Virus record (IMG/VR): IMGVR_UViG_3300047157_000068
Span: 1-64,000 of that record
Strand: one strand, 5' to 3'
Source: a virus
Length of the DNA stretch: 64,000 bases
Position numbers and translations under genes: made by a program. A model generated the notes under the pieces. It did not search any database and was not told the DNA's origin. It saw only the letters and a list, made by a program, of their open reading frames with translations. Of this stretch, positions 1-10,134 are shown piece by piece. How positions within the stretch are numbered: position 1 is the first letter of the stretch; each line of letters opens with the position of its first letter.

Positions 1-3000
1 TATAACACCTTCCTTTAAAGGTTTTTCAGTAACCTCAATATTATCAGCAACATCAGGCTGCTCATATATATCATCTAACTTAACAGTTGTTTGATTTAAT
101 ATAGAAGTAATTAGTGGGTTTTCTGCTAGTAATTCTTGTTTGGGTGTAGATAAAAAGTCTTGAAACCCTGTGTCAGAATCAACAAGTGATTGCTCTATAG
201 GGCTTGTATATACAGTTTCACCAGCTGCATTTTTTGTCATTGTACCTGCAGCCCATACTTGCTTTATAGCATTAAATACATTCTTTAGCTCCTGCGCTTC
301 AGCAGAGTTTTTCCACTCTTGTACAGATAAACTTGTTTTACCTGCTGCAGCCATTCTTGATTTATAACTTCTATAAGATCTCCTCAGTACCTCATCAAGA
401 TAAGGACTTATAGTTATTGTATCAACAGTTAATTTAATACCTGCATTCTCAAGCATTACATCTAAATCGGATTTCTGCTCATCAACATCTTGTCTTTTTG
501 CTTCATCCTTTTCTTCTTGAGTTATTTCTTCTTCACTAGTCTGATCTGTTTTTGTAGATTTATAAACATTTATCAGAGACTGTATCATTTTAAATTTTAT
601 ATCATGAACACCCTCAACAACTTTACCGTTTTCATCATAAAAGTCTATAAGAAAGTCTGCATTCCCTGTCTGTAAAAAAAGTACCATCTGTGCTTCATCT
701 GCATATGCACCAACTGGATCTTTAGCTAAATCATTTATTAGTTGATTTGCTAAAGTAATATCAGTATATTTCTCTAGAGCTGCTTTCATTTCTTTTGCTC
801 TTCCCTCTAGTCTATTCTTAGATAATGCTTGAGATCTTTCTACCATCTCAGCAAACTTTTCAGGGTTATTCATAAACTCAATAGCTTTGTCATATACTTT
901 TGCTCTATTATCTAAAGCATAGTAATCAACTATATCAACTAGTGCAGCATCAATGTTATCTTCATTTACAAATGAGCCTTGCTCTTTAGCCAAAAATCTT
1001 ACGTAATTTTTAAACTCATTTCTTAAGCTATCTTTTAATGCTTTGTTTCTTTTAAATGTACCATTCTTAAATCTATTCTTTTTATCAGTAACAATCTTTT
1101 GAATAGCTTTAAGTCTTGTAATTTTTTCTTGCTTTGGTGATGATGCAGTTGGCGCACCTTTTACACTAGCTCCCTCAAATGCATCTATTTCTTCTTGAAG
1201 GATTACAATCTCCCTCTCAATTGATTCTGGGTCAAGTAAAGTAGTAATATCACTTGCAGCCATTTTTGCAAACAAAGGTTCTGCTTCAAGCTTTGAGTAT
1301 ATCCCATCAGCTCTACTAACTGCAGACATAAAACTTTCATTAGTAAACATGTATAAATAACGTGCATGATCATATCCAGCCCTTGCAACTAACTCATTTA
1401 TATATTCTTTCTCTTGTGTCTTACGGTTGAATTTATTTTCATCAAAAGGATTTACATATTTATCTTTAAGCTTATTATAATTTTCTTCCATCTTATCCAT
1501 TTGGATAATGGTTTCATTTATACGCTTTCTTAACTTGCCATCCTTTTTATCTTTATTACTAACACCAGGGAATGCATCAGCTAATTCAGTATCAGTCATA
1601 TCTAAGAAACCTAATAACTGATCTCTAAAGTGTCTTGTTCCATTTGTTTCAAACATTGTAAAAAACTGTTGAAACTTAGCTGCATCTTCAGCATCTTTAA
1701 ATCCAAAGAAATCTTGTTGATAAGCAGACTTCTTCATTTTTTCAGCCATTTCCTTTTGAATCATAAAATTCAATCTGTTGACATCAAACAACTCTGATGG
1801 ATCTATAGCTTGCTCATTCCATGATTTATTATAAGAGTCAACAATTTTTTCAATCATTTCATCTCTTGTTTTTCTAAACTCAGCAAATGTTTCTTTTTGT
1901 TTTGCCGTAGCTAAACCAATACCAGCTTCTTGCAATCCATACTTATATATAGAAGGCACACCCTGCATAAAAGCTCTTTGTACAGGCTGTACAAGACCAC
2001 CCATTAAAAAACCAGACATAAATACATTAAATCCTTCACCAGAAAACTGATCACCCATTGCAGATAGTATCATTTGATTCTGTAATGCAACACCACCTTG
2101 TGCTGGATTTTGTAGTATTTCTGTATAATAACCAACAGTAGCTGCAGATATTGCTTCTTGAGAAACCTCTTGAATACCTTCAGCAACATTAGCTGCAAAG
2201 TAATCTAACATAACTATACCACCACTACCAGCAACACTTTTCCATCCACCCGCAGCTTTAATTTTTGCACCTAGTCTTTTAAGACCTAAGAAACCTTTTT
2301 CTTTTCCTCCTAAATATTTAAAAGGGTTTTTAATTACTTTACCCGCAGCATCAACTACTTTTTTACCTGCTGTATTTATTACATTTTTAGCAATCCCTTT
2401 ACCAAATGCTGAACCTATTGTACGCTGAATACCTCTTTGGAAACCACCTAATGCATTGCCAAGAACTAACCAGTTACTTGCATATATTATTGGTGCATTG
2501 GCCATCATTGTTTTAAATGCAGCTTGATCAGCAGCATTATTTATTCTAGCCATCTCATATTCATCAACACCCTGACCACCATTAGCAGCAGCGTAGTTAT
2601 TCATACCATTTTTAAGTACTTGATTATATGCCATACCAGCTTCTAACTTGCTCTCAGCCATAGCTAAATTAACAGCTCTCATATCTCTATAAAAACCACC
2701 AAACTTTGCATTCATCTTAGCAAGATTACTCATATTTTGACCAGCATTTTTTGCAGTCTTAATATCTCTAAATGCTTTTACTGTATTAGGTGTAAAACCT
2801 CTACCAAGTAAATTTCCTGCAGCTTTTAATCTTTCACCGCCTTTAGCAGCAACCCAGAAATCTCTAGCATTTTCAATTGCTTTAGCTTGCTTTAATATAT
2901 CTCTTGTACGTTCGTACATTTTTGTGAAACTAAAAAAGCCTTTAACACCTTTAACAACGTTTGCACCTGTCTTAGCTATAGTAACTGGTGCTGCTGTACC

Positions 3001-3783
3001 TCCTGAAAGTGCTGTAACACCCGCTAACACTAGCTCTTCTGCAGCAATAGATATAAGTATACCTCCTGTATATGCAGAGTTAGCTGCTAGGTTATTCATA
3101 AACCCACCAAAACCTCCTCTGGTAGAATTCATTATACCCATCTTGTCTTCAAAAGCTGTAGCTGAGTCAAGATCTGGCTCAAGATAATCAGAACCACTAA
3201 ACATAGATCCATATACAGAACTTAATCCTGTACCAACTAATGACCACCAATTACCTCTCATTCTGGAAAAGTCATCATAAATTGTAGAATTTGCATTATA
3301 AAAACTTTCCATATTAGAATATGGAGAATATCCTAACTTATCAAACTCAGGATGTTCAAAATATCTCATAAACTGAGTTTGCCTCATTCCTGTAAATGCA
3401 GGGGCAACTTTTTTTTCTGATACAGGTGTATCATTTAAAGTCAATAACCTCTTCGTCATTGAAAAGGTGTTCTCAGTATTATCAGGTCTGCTTTGAGTAA
3501 CAGGATTATATGTATCAGTAGCAGGACCGGGATCAGCTATACCTAAACTTGCCATAGCACCCACACCATACTTATCTATTGCTGCTGTGTATTCATTAAC
3601 ACCTGATATATCATCAGCTGCTAAATCACCGCTCATAGCATAATTATTAAAATTCTCTTCTGGAGTTTCAAATAATTCTTCAATAGGTTCAAAACGGAAC
3701 TGCCCATCAGGTATTACACTTGGGGCAGGTCTTTCAGCTTCTCTATTAAGTTGTTGTAATGGTGTTTTAGATTCGTTTTCCAT
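1..3783 (-). CDS. Giant internal virion (cargo/ejection) protein, N-terminal part; runs off the left edge
   Basis: ATG at 3783 (MENESKTPLQQLNREAERP...). The frame is open where checked (first ~300 codons and the last codons at position 1); it is absent from the ORF track, consistent with having no stop in the window. Gly/Ala-rich hydrophobic stretches and an EGIQEVSQEAIS motif; position matches crAss-like cargo/vRNAP genes. Confidence 0.8.
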   Translation of the reverse strand, partial: MENESKTPLQQLNREAERPAPSVIPDGQFRFEPIEELFETPEENFNNYAMSGDLAADDISGVNEYTAAIDKYGVGAMASLGIADPGPATDTYNPVTQSRPDNTENTFSMTKRLLTLNDTPVSEKKVAPAFTGMRQTQFMRYFEHPEFDKLGYSPYSNMESFYNANSTIYDDFSRMRGNWWSLVGTGLSSVYGSMFSGSDYLEPDLDSATAFEDKMGIMNSTRGGFGGFMNNLAANSAYTGGILISIAAEELVLAGVTALSGGTAAPVTIAKTGANVVKGVKGFFSFTKMYERTRDILKQAKAIENARDFWVAAKGGERLKAAGNLLGRGFTPNTVKAFRDIKTAKNAGQNMSNLAKMNAKFGGFYRDMRAVNLAMAESKLEAGMAYNQVLKNGMNNYAAANGGQGVDEYEMARINNAADQAAFKTMMANAPIIYASNWLVLGNALGGFQRGIQRTIGSAFGKGIAKNVINTAGKKVVDAAGKVIKNPFKYLGGKEKGFLGLKRLGAKIKAAGGWKSVAGSGGIVMLDYFAANVAEGIQEVSQEAISAATVGYYTEILQNPAQGGVALQNQMILSAMGDQFSGEGFNVFMSGFLMGGLVQPVQRAFMQGVPSIYKYGLQEAGIGLATAKQKETFAEFRKTRDEMIEKIVDSYNKSWNEQAIDPSELFDVNRLNFMIQKEMAEKMKKSAYQQDFFGFKDAEDAAKFQQFFTMFETNGTRHFRDQLLGFLDMTDTELADAFPGVSNKDKKDGKLRKRINETIIQMDKMEENYNKLKDKYVNPFDENKFNRKTQEKEYINELVARAGYDHARYLYMFTNESFMSAVSRADGIYSKLEAEPLFAKMAASDITTLLDPESIEREIVILQEEIDAFEGASVKGAPTASSPKQEKITRLKAIQKIVTDKKNRFKNGTFKRNKALKDSLRNEFKNYVRFLAKEQGSFVNEDNIDAALVDIVDYYALDNRAKVYDKAIEFMNNPEKFAEMVERSQALSKNRLEGRAKEMKAALEKYTDITLANQLINDLAKDPVGAYADEAQMVLFLQTGNADFLIDFYDENGKVVEGVHDIKFKMIQSLINVYKSTKTDQTSEEEITQEEKDEAKRQDVDEQKSDLDVMLENAGIKLTVDTITISPYLDEVLRRSYRSYKSRMAAAGKTSLSVQEWKNSAEAQELKNVFNAIKQVWAAGTMTKNAAGETVYTSPIEQSLVDSDTGFQDFLSTPKQELLAENPLITSILNQTTVKLDDIYEQPDVADNIEVTEKPLKEGVI

Positions 3784-3794
3784 TTACTTATGCT

Positions 3795-6700
3795 TTATTT
3801 TTTACCATAAATAGCCTGATCCTTTTCTCTCAAAGCTTGGTTATTTCTTCTTATCTCTTCATACTGAGCTTTCATAGCCATCATCTGCTGATCAATACCC
3901 ATTAAACCATTTCTAAAATCCATTTGTATAGTACCTGAATCTGTAGTATACTCAGTATAATTTTCTGCATCAGGATCATAAGGATTATAATAATTTACAT
4001 TATAACTAAAATTATAATCACCAGTTCCATTTTTTATAACTCTATACTCTGCAGTATTAGTTATACCATTATCATTAGGAATTGTATAGTCATGATAGTT
4101 ATTATTATCTCCACCTAATATATCTATTTCTGTTGAAGAATAATAATCATTCTTTTTAGCTTTAACGTTCATATCATCTTGTTGATCATAAACTAAGAAT
4201 ATACCACTCTCATTGTTGTCTGTACCAACACCTTTTAATTTCTTTATGTCTTCTGTTGTTAATGAACCATACTGTGAATCTTTTGGCCCTTTAACTTTAG
4301 ATGCTAGCCATTCTGGACTAAACTTAAGCTCATATCCTGCATGAGTTTTATCTCCTACTTTAGCTTTGTCATACACAGGCATATAAGCTAATGTCCCTAT
4401 TGGAGCTATGGCATCTGTGTTAGATCTCTTAGGATTATTAATCCACGTATTTAAATCTTCTATCCACAAATTATAGACTTTTAATGCTAAATCATTTTTT
4501 TGTTCTAACTCACTATCCTTACCTAATGTACCAACACCCATTCCAAATGTAGAGTTGTTAGCTTGTAAAGTTTTAATTTGATTAATCATGTTAGCCATTT
4601 CTTGCTCATTGTCAGCATTTCTTGCTAAAGGATTAATAGCATAGTTATATGTAGGATTACTTACAACATCAGTAAAGCTTCCATCAATACCATATCTAGC
4701 AGAATTAAAATCTCCTGAATTTACATTAGCATCTAACTGACCTGTAAGTCTTTTGTTTAATCCTTTTTTAATTGCATCATATACCATACTTGCTTCTGAT
4801 TCAATTGCGGTATTATCCATCATCATTGCTCTAGAACCATCCTTATTATATCTTGGAATTTTCGTAACACCACTTGTTTTGGACGCAGGGTTAATTTGTA
4901 AATCATAAGCAGGTACCATATAATCTTTATTATTAGTTCCAACATCTACTTTCCAATTTAAATCAACATTGGTAATTGTACCATCCTCAACACCTTTCTT
5001 AACCAAAGCAATATACTCAGTTTTATTTAAAGGTATACCGTCTTTAAAAATGTTTGGGAAATTACCATTATCCATTAAGTTTTTAACATGCTTATTTTGT
5101 TTTTTAACATTAACAGTAGTAATATTATTTGCTTCATCAAATTTTTCATATGCTGTTGTTACAAATTGTTCTACACCTTTTATCTGAGTGTTAGTACCAT
5201 TAATACCATTCATTTTTTGATACAACGCATCATACTGATTTCTTTGATCTTTTGATAATACCATATTTGGATTATCTAAAGCCTGCTGTCTAGTGTTTGA
5301 AAACTGTTCATTTTTGTCACTATATATTTTATTAATCAAATCTCTATTAACATAACCAGTAGATTCCCCGTCTTCATTAGTAGTTTGTTCTAATAGTTTT
5401 GTTTTTATTTCTGATATAGATCCTCTAAATTCTTTTTGTTCTCCATTTTCTCCTGTTACAGTAATACCATAAGTTTGATCCTCACTTTCATTGTCACCTC
5501 TAGGATTCATCAAACTCATCATGCTAACAATATCATTTACTTGATTAGCAGCTAATTTAGTATCAGCTTCTTGAAATTGAGTTTTAGTCCTTTCAATCAT
5601 GTCAGTATTCTGGGTAACCTCATTTTTTTTATTAGTGGCTAAATCTATTGTATTACCATCACCCAATGTTGTATAGCCAGAAGATAGTGCATCACCAAGC
5701 GGACTGTTTATACCAGTACCTTCTAAGTCACTTTTATATTTTTCAAGGTCAAGTCTGTTTTGTTGTTTAACTTTCTCTAGGTTGAGAGCATTAGCAGCAT
5801 TAGCTCTAATCTTGCTCATGTCATACTTGAACTGTTTTTCTTTTAAAGCATATGGGTTGGCATTCATTTCATATTCATAGTCTCTTGCGCTAAATGCTTG
5901 TGCAGATTCTCTCATATCATTCATGATATTATTCTGCATAAGCATACTATATGCTTTATTTAAAGTATTATTTAATGTTTTACTAGGTAAAGCTGCTTCT
6001 TCTCTAATTCTTTTTTTAGCTTCTAGTGCTGCTTTAAATTGTTCTGTTCTTGATAATTGTTCTGTATTAGCATTATCAAGTTGTGAGCCTTCTATTATAC
6101 CATTAGCACCTTTATAGTTTGCCCAAGAAACATTAGCTTTTTCTGCTTTAGCTAAAGCTTGCATATCTTGAGCTATTCTAAGTTCATTAATACCTTCAAT
6201 TCTTCTAATTGTTTCAGAAGCCCAAAGCTCTTGTCCTTGCTCTAAGTTAGCTGCTCTACCTTCTTTAACTGCAGCTGTTGCCCAATCCATACCTTTTACA
6301 TATGCTTCTGTTTGATATGCAGCTTGTACTCTTGGATGTTCCATAAGTCTATTTCTGATTTGCTGTAATGCAGCACCAGTTACTTGAGCACCATTTTGTT
6401 CAGTAATTATCCAATCAGAATTTATAATTTCTTTTGGGTTAGTTGCAGATATAGGCTTATTAGGATTATATTTAGGATTAGGTTTTTTAGCAAACCTATC
6501 TCTTTTCATTTTTAAAGGTGGGTCCATGTTCTCTAATAGTTGCTGACCCATTTCAAATAAGTTAGCATCAGGAACATATTTTGGAAGAGCCATTTGCATA
6601 GCTTTATCAGGACTAGCATTAATAAATGCATCCATTTGATATTGCATTGCTCTTTCTCCTGTTTTCCAATATTTACTTTGTACACTTCTATCAGGTGAAT

Positions 6701-7079
6701 TCAGCAATAAATTTGCTGTTTTCATTTCTTCTCTATATCTAGAAGTAAACAAAACATCTTTTACAGTAATATCATCTTCATAGAATGGGGCAAACACGTC
6801 CCTAGCTGCATTGACATTTTGTTGTAATGATAAATCCATACCAGATATTTTTTCAATCTGTGGTGCAATTTGTTCTGCGTACTGATCTCTTCTTTCTTTA
6901 GTATCTTCTCTTGACAAATCAGCATAAACTACTTTATTATATAATTCATTAGTAGCTTTAAAATTAGTATCATACTTATCTTGTCTTGTCTCCAATACAG
7001 CAGACAAGAATTTATAATCCGGTGTAAACGGTTTAATATCCGGTAAGTATGTATCTGCTCCTTTTATGTATGTTGCCAT
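3795..7079 (-). CDS. Internal virion cargo protein (1094 aa)
   Basis: Long helical ORF, N-terminus PFTPDYKFL; lies between the muzzle and the giant gene as in crAss-like cargo clusters. Confidence 0.65.
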   Translation of the reverse strand: MATYIKGADTYLPDIKPFTPDYKFLSAVLETRQDKYDTNFKATNELYNKVVYADLSREDTKERRDQYAEQIAPQIEKISGMDLSLQQNVNAARDVFAPFYEDDITVKDVLFTSRYREEMKTANLLLNSPDRSVQSKYWKTGERAMQYQMDAFINASPDKAMQMALPKYVPDANLFEMGQQLLENMDPPLKMKRDRFAKKPNPKYNPNKPISATNPKEIINSDWIITEQNGAQVTGAALQQIRNRLMEHPRVQAAYQTEAYVKGMDWATAAVKEGRAANLEQGQELWASETIRRIEGINELRIAQDMQALAKAEKANVSWANYKGANGIIEGSQLDNANTEQLSRTEQFKAALEAKKRIREEAALPSKTLNNTLNKAYSMLMQNNIMNDMRESAQAFSARDYEYEMNANPYALKEKQFKYDMSKIRANAANALNLEKVKQQNRLDLEKYKSDLEGTGINSPLGDALSSGYTTLGDGNTIDLATNKKNEVTQNTDMIERTKTQFQEADTKLAANQVNDIVSMMSLMNPRGDNESEDQTYGITVTGENGEQKEFRGSISEIKTKLLEQTTNEDGESTGYVNRDLINKIYSDKNEQFSNTRQQALDNPNMVLSKDQRNQYDALYQKMNGINGTNTQIKGVEQFVTTAYEKFDEANNITTVNVKKQNKHVKNLMDNGNFPNIFKDGIPLNKTEYIALVKKGVEDGTITNVDLNWKVDVGTNNKDYMVPAYDLQINPASKTSGVTKIPRYNKDGSRAMMMDNTAIESEASMVYDAIKKGLNKRLTGQLDANVNSGDFNSARYGIDGSFTDVVSNPTYNYAINPLARNADNEQEMANMINQIKTLQANNSTFGMGVGTLGKDSELEQKNDLALKVYNLWIEDLNTWINNPKRSNTDAIAPIGTLAYMPVYDKAKVGDKTHAGYELKFSPEWLASKVKGPKDSQYGSLTTEDIKKLKGVGTDNNESGIFLVYDQQDDMNVKAKKNDYYSSTEIDILGGDNNNYHDYTIPNDNGITNTAEYRVIKNGTGDYNFSYNVNYYNPYDPDAENYTEYTTDSGTIQMDFRNGLMGIDQQMMAMKAQYEEIRRNNQALREKDQAIYGKK

Positions 7080-7138
7080 AATGTAAAATTAATATAATTA
7101 TATAAGTTTACAAAGTGTTTTGTATAAACCCTTTAAGT

Positions 7139-10132
7139 TTACATTCCCATCTTACCACTGTAAAATGGTACTGCCCACTTTGATAAACGCTTTTTATTCT
7201 CTTTTGTCTCCAGACCCTTTTTACCTTTTTGTACATAACCTGGGGGTAATCCATTGGAGGACAAATCTCTTTGTGCATTATTCAATCTACTATTTTTACT
7301 TGTAGTTTGAGAATAATAACCAGGATATAAAAACTCAAGATATTCTTTTGTTACTGGTCTTTGTACACCCTCATTATCTTCTCCTATTAGTTTTTGAGCT
7401 CTTTCAAAATCTTTAGCTCTTTGATATGCCTGATCATATTTTCCTTCTTCTGTAAATTTTCTACCATCTTCAGTAAATTCAATTATACCAAACTGATTTG
7501 GGTTAGTATTGAAATTTGGATTAATTGTATTTAAGTTATATGTATTAGCCAAATTAGTTAAGCCTGCATTAAACAGTTCATTATACTTTCCTGTTCTCCA
7601 ATTAGTAAAGTTGTCCTTCTGCTGGAGAGCGGTTATAGTATCATCATAAAGCTGCTTATTAGTTGCATTGTTTAACTGATCTACTTTCATATTAAGTTGA
7701 GGTTGCATAACTCCAACTTGATTCATGGTTCTAACATTATTTTGATTAACTTGATTAATTGCTTTTGCATTAGCATCTAAAGTTTTACCAAAAACATTAC
7801 TTCTTGAAATAGCCTGTGGACCATATGCACCTAGTGCATTAACCATAGTATTTAATGCAGAAGTATTAGCATTTACTCTACCTGTATAATCATCAAGTAC
7901 ATAATCTATTTTTTGATCTTCTAATACAGGTGCATATGGTAAACGTAAAGTATCTTTTATAGCTCCAACAGTATTAAGATTATTAATGTCTTGAGCCCAC
8001 CATAATTTATCTGGGCCCTCATATTCTTTAACATCTGTTGTTATTATTTCTTTATCCGGCTCTGGTAAATCCATCATTCTAATATCTTCAGGACTATAGT
8101 CTATATCAAACCCTGGAGCATTATATGTATATCCACCTCTTGCACCATCAAATCTTCTTTTCTTCCATTTTCTATCTATTTTACCATCACCATCTTCATC
8201 ATAGGTTTTTGGATCATCTTTAAATGCTGCTGCTAAAGATTCATCAGTAAAGAAATATGGTATATAAGGAAGATCTTTCTTTTTAAAATACTCCCTTCTT
8301 TTTTCTTCATATTTATTTTGAAATGATCTCCAGTTTTTATCATAACCTTCTCTGTCTGATCTAGGAAAATTATATTTCCAATTTGGTCCTAACTCATCAA
8401 TGATAGATTGATTTCTAAATCTAAAATCTTCTTCAGCTTCTTCTGAAGAAAATAAAGAAGAACCATAACCAAATTCATCAGCTGTAGCTTGTTCATCAGG
8501 TAATTTTACATTATCATACATACCAGGTATAAAAGATGCTATTCCAGATGCATCTGTTATCTTTTGTTGTTCTTGTACCTCATCTGTATATACATCAGAT
8601 CTATTTCCACTACCTACTATATCAGCTTCTGTTGCTTCTCCTTTTTGTCTAACTCTAGTATCTTTTCTTTCATCTGACGCAGGTTTAATAAACTTTAGTT
8701 GTTTTTTACCATCTATAGTAACTACAACAGGAGAGTATCCTTCTTTAATATTTAAATTAAACTCATTATGTTCTTTAGTTCCTGCTTTAAAAGGATTTTT
8801 ATTTCCTTCTACTTTAGCTTCTTCTTTTTTTGTTACTGGTATTTCTGTGTCAGAAACCTCTTCGTTTTGTCTTTTTTGTACATTAGTTTGTTTAGGACCT
8901 ACAAAGCCTTCTACATCTTCAGGAAACTGTACAGCAAATTCTTCTTCAGTAAGTGAAAGATCACCGTCATTAGATTTTGCTAAAGTCATTGGATCATAGT
9001 TATCAATAGGAGTTAATGCTTTACCATATAAATACTTTTCTCCCACAGTTAACTGATCTAAAAATTTAGGATTTATAGAACCATCAAATTCTCTATGTAA
9101 ATTATGTCTAATAAAATAATCATAATATTCTGCTCTAGTAGCTGGTTGGCCATTTAAAGTATAAGTACTTTTTTTCTCACCATTACCCTCTTGTGCTTTC
9201 TTTATAAAGTCTCCTAACTCTGTACCAAATTTAGCAGTAGTTAATGCTCCTTCATCCCCCAAAGCCATAGCCAGTGGATCTGCACCCATAGGCTGTTGCA
9301 TTTGCTGAGAAGGCATCATTTGTTGATTACCTTGAGGTGCCATTTGCTGTTGATCTTGCTGAGCTAAAAATTGTTGCAACATCATTATTTGTTGTTGTTG
9401 CTCAGGAGGTAAAGCAGCTAATGCTTTTTGTTGTGCTTCTCTTCTTGATATTTCCTCAACCTTAGCTGTAAACTCAATTGGATCTTCTCCAATAGACACT
9501 AAGTAAGGATGAGATGCTAATGGTACACCATCAGAAAATTCTTTCTTTGCTTCTTGCATAAATGCTAACCTAGAAAGATCATTCATGTTTTTCTTTAACA
9601 TTAATTCAGCACTTGTTGCAGATATGTTATCAGAGTATTGTGAGTTTAACTCGCCATAATATTCTTGTAAGCCAAATTTCTTTGACACTTTAGCTGGAGT
9701 TTTTTTAGCTCCACCCATATCAAATTCTGACATCTCATCTTTTGATAGTTTTAATTTACGTGTATCAGAAAAAACAAAAGATTGCTCTGGCAAAAACATT
9801 GGTACACCACCACTTGTATGTCTAGGACCTGTTATATCATATAAACCAAATGTCCCATCATTATTTAAATCAGTCAAAACTGTTTCTCCACCTTCTGCTT
9901 CTAAATTAGCATCTTCTCTTGGTACACTTGATAAACTATATCTAACTGATTCATCTTGTGAATCATTAAAATTAGTGTTTCCATAGTATGCCTGTGGAGT
10001 TGTAACCAAACCATAATCAGCTTGATCACCTGTTGTCATACCACCATCTCTCATAGATTTAGTATCTTCTACAACTTTACCATTGCGTATAGCAAATCCT
10101 TCAGGTAGTTTATTTATTTTAATTTTTGCCAT
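7139..10132 (-). CDS. Internal virion cargo protein (997 aa), Gln-rich, with EAEGGE...GPRHxxGGV module
   Basis: ORF track; ANLEAEGGE...GPRHTSGGVP...FVFSD module, poly-Q segment, DEDGDG motif. Confidence 0.65.
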   Translation of the reverse strand: MAKIKINKLPEGFAIRNGKVVEDTKSMRDGGMTTGDQADYGLVTTPQAYYGNTNFNDSQDESVRYSLSSVPREDANLEAEGGETVLTDLNNDGTFGLYDITGPRHTSGGVPMFLPEQSFVFSDTRKLKLSKDEMSEFDMGGAKKTPAKVSKKFGLQEYYGELNSQYSDNISATSAELMLKKNMNDLSRLAFMQEAKKEFSDGVPLASHPYLVSIGEDPIEFTAKVEEISRREAQQKALAALPPEQQQQIMMLQQFLAQQDQQQMAPQGNQQMMPSQQMQQPMGADPLAMALGDEGALTTAKFGTELGDFIKKAQEGNGEKKSTYTLNGQPATRAEYYDYFIRHNLHREFDGSINPKFLDQLTVGEKYLYGKALTPIDNYDPMTLAKSNDGDLSLTEEEFAVQFPEDVEGFVGPKQTNVQKRQNEEVSDTEIPVTKKEEAKVEGNKNPFKAGTKEHNEFNLNIKEGYSPVVVTIDGKKQLKFIKPASDERKDTRVRQKGEATEADIVGSGNRSDVYTDEVQEQQKITDASGIASFIPGMYDNVKLPDEQATADEFGYGSSLFSSEEAEEDFRFRNQSIIDELGPNWKYNFPRSDREGYDKNWRSFQNKYEEKRREYFKKKDLPYIPYFFTDESLAAAFKDDPKTYDEDGDGKIDRKWKKRRFDGARGGYTYNAPGFDIDYSPEDIRMMDLPEPDKEIITTDVKEYEGPDKLWWAQDINNLNTVGAIKDTLRLPYAPVLEDQKIDYVLDDYTGRVNANTSALNTMVNALGAYGPQAISRSNVFGKTLDANAKAINQVNQNNVRTMNQVGVMQPQLNMKVDQLNNATNKQLYDDTITALQQKDNFTNWRTGKYNELFNAGLTNLANTYNLNTINPNFNTNPNQFGIIEFTEDGRKFTEEGKYDQAYQRAKDFERAQKLIGEDNEGVQRPVTKEYLEFLYPGYYSQTTSKNSRLNNAQRDLSSNGLPPGYVQKGKKGLETKENKKRLSKWAVPFYSGKMGM

Positions 10133-10134
10133 AA

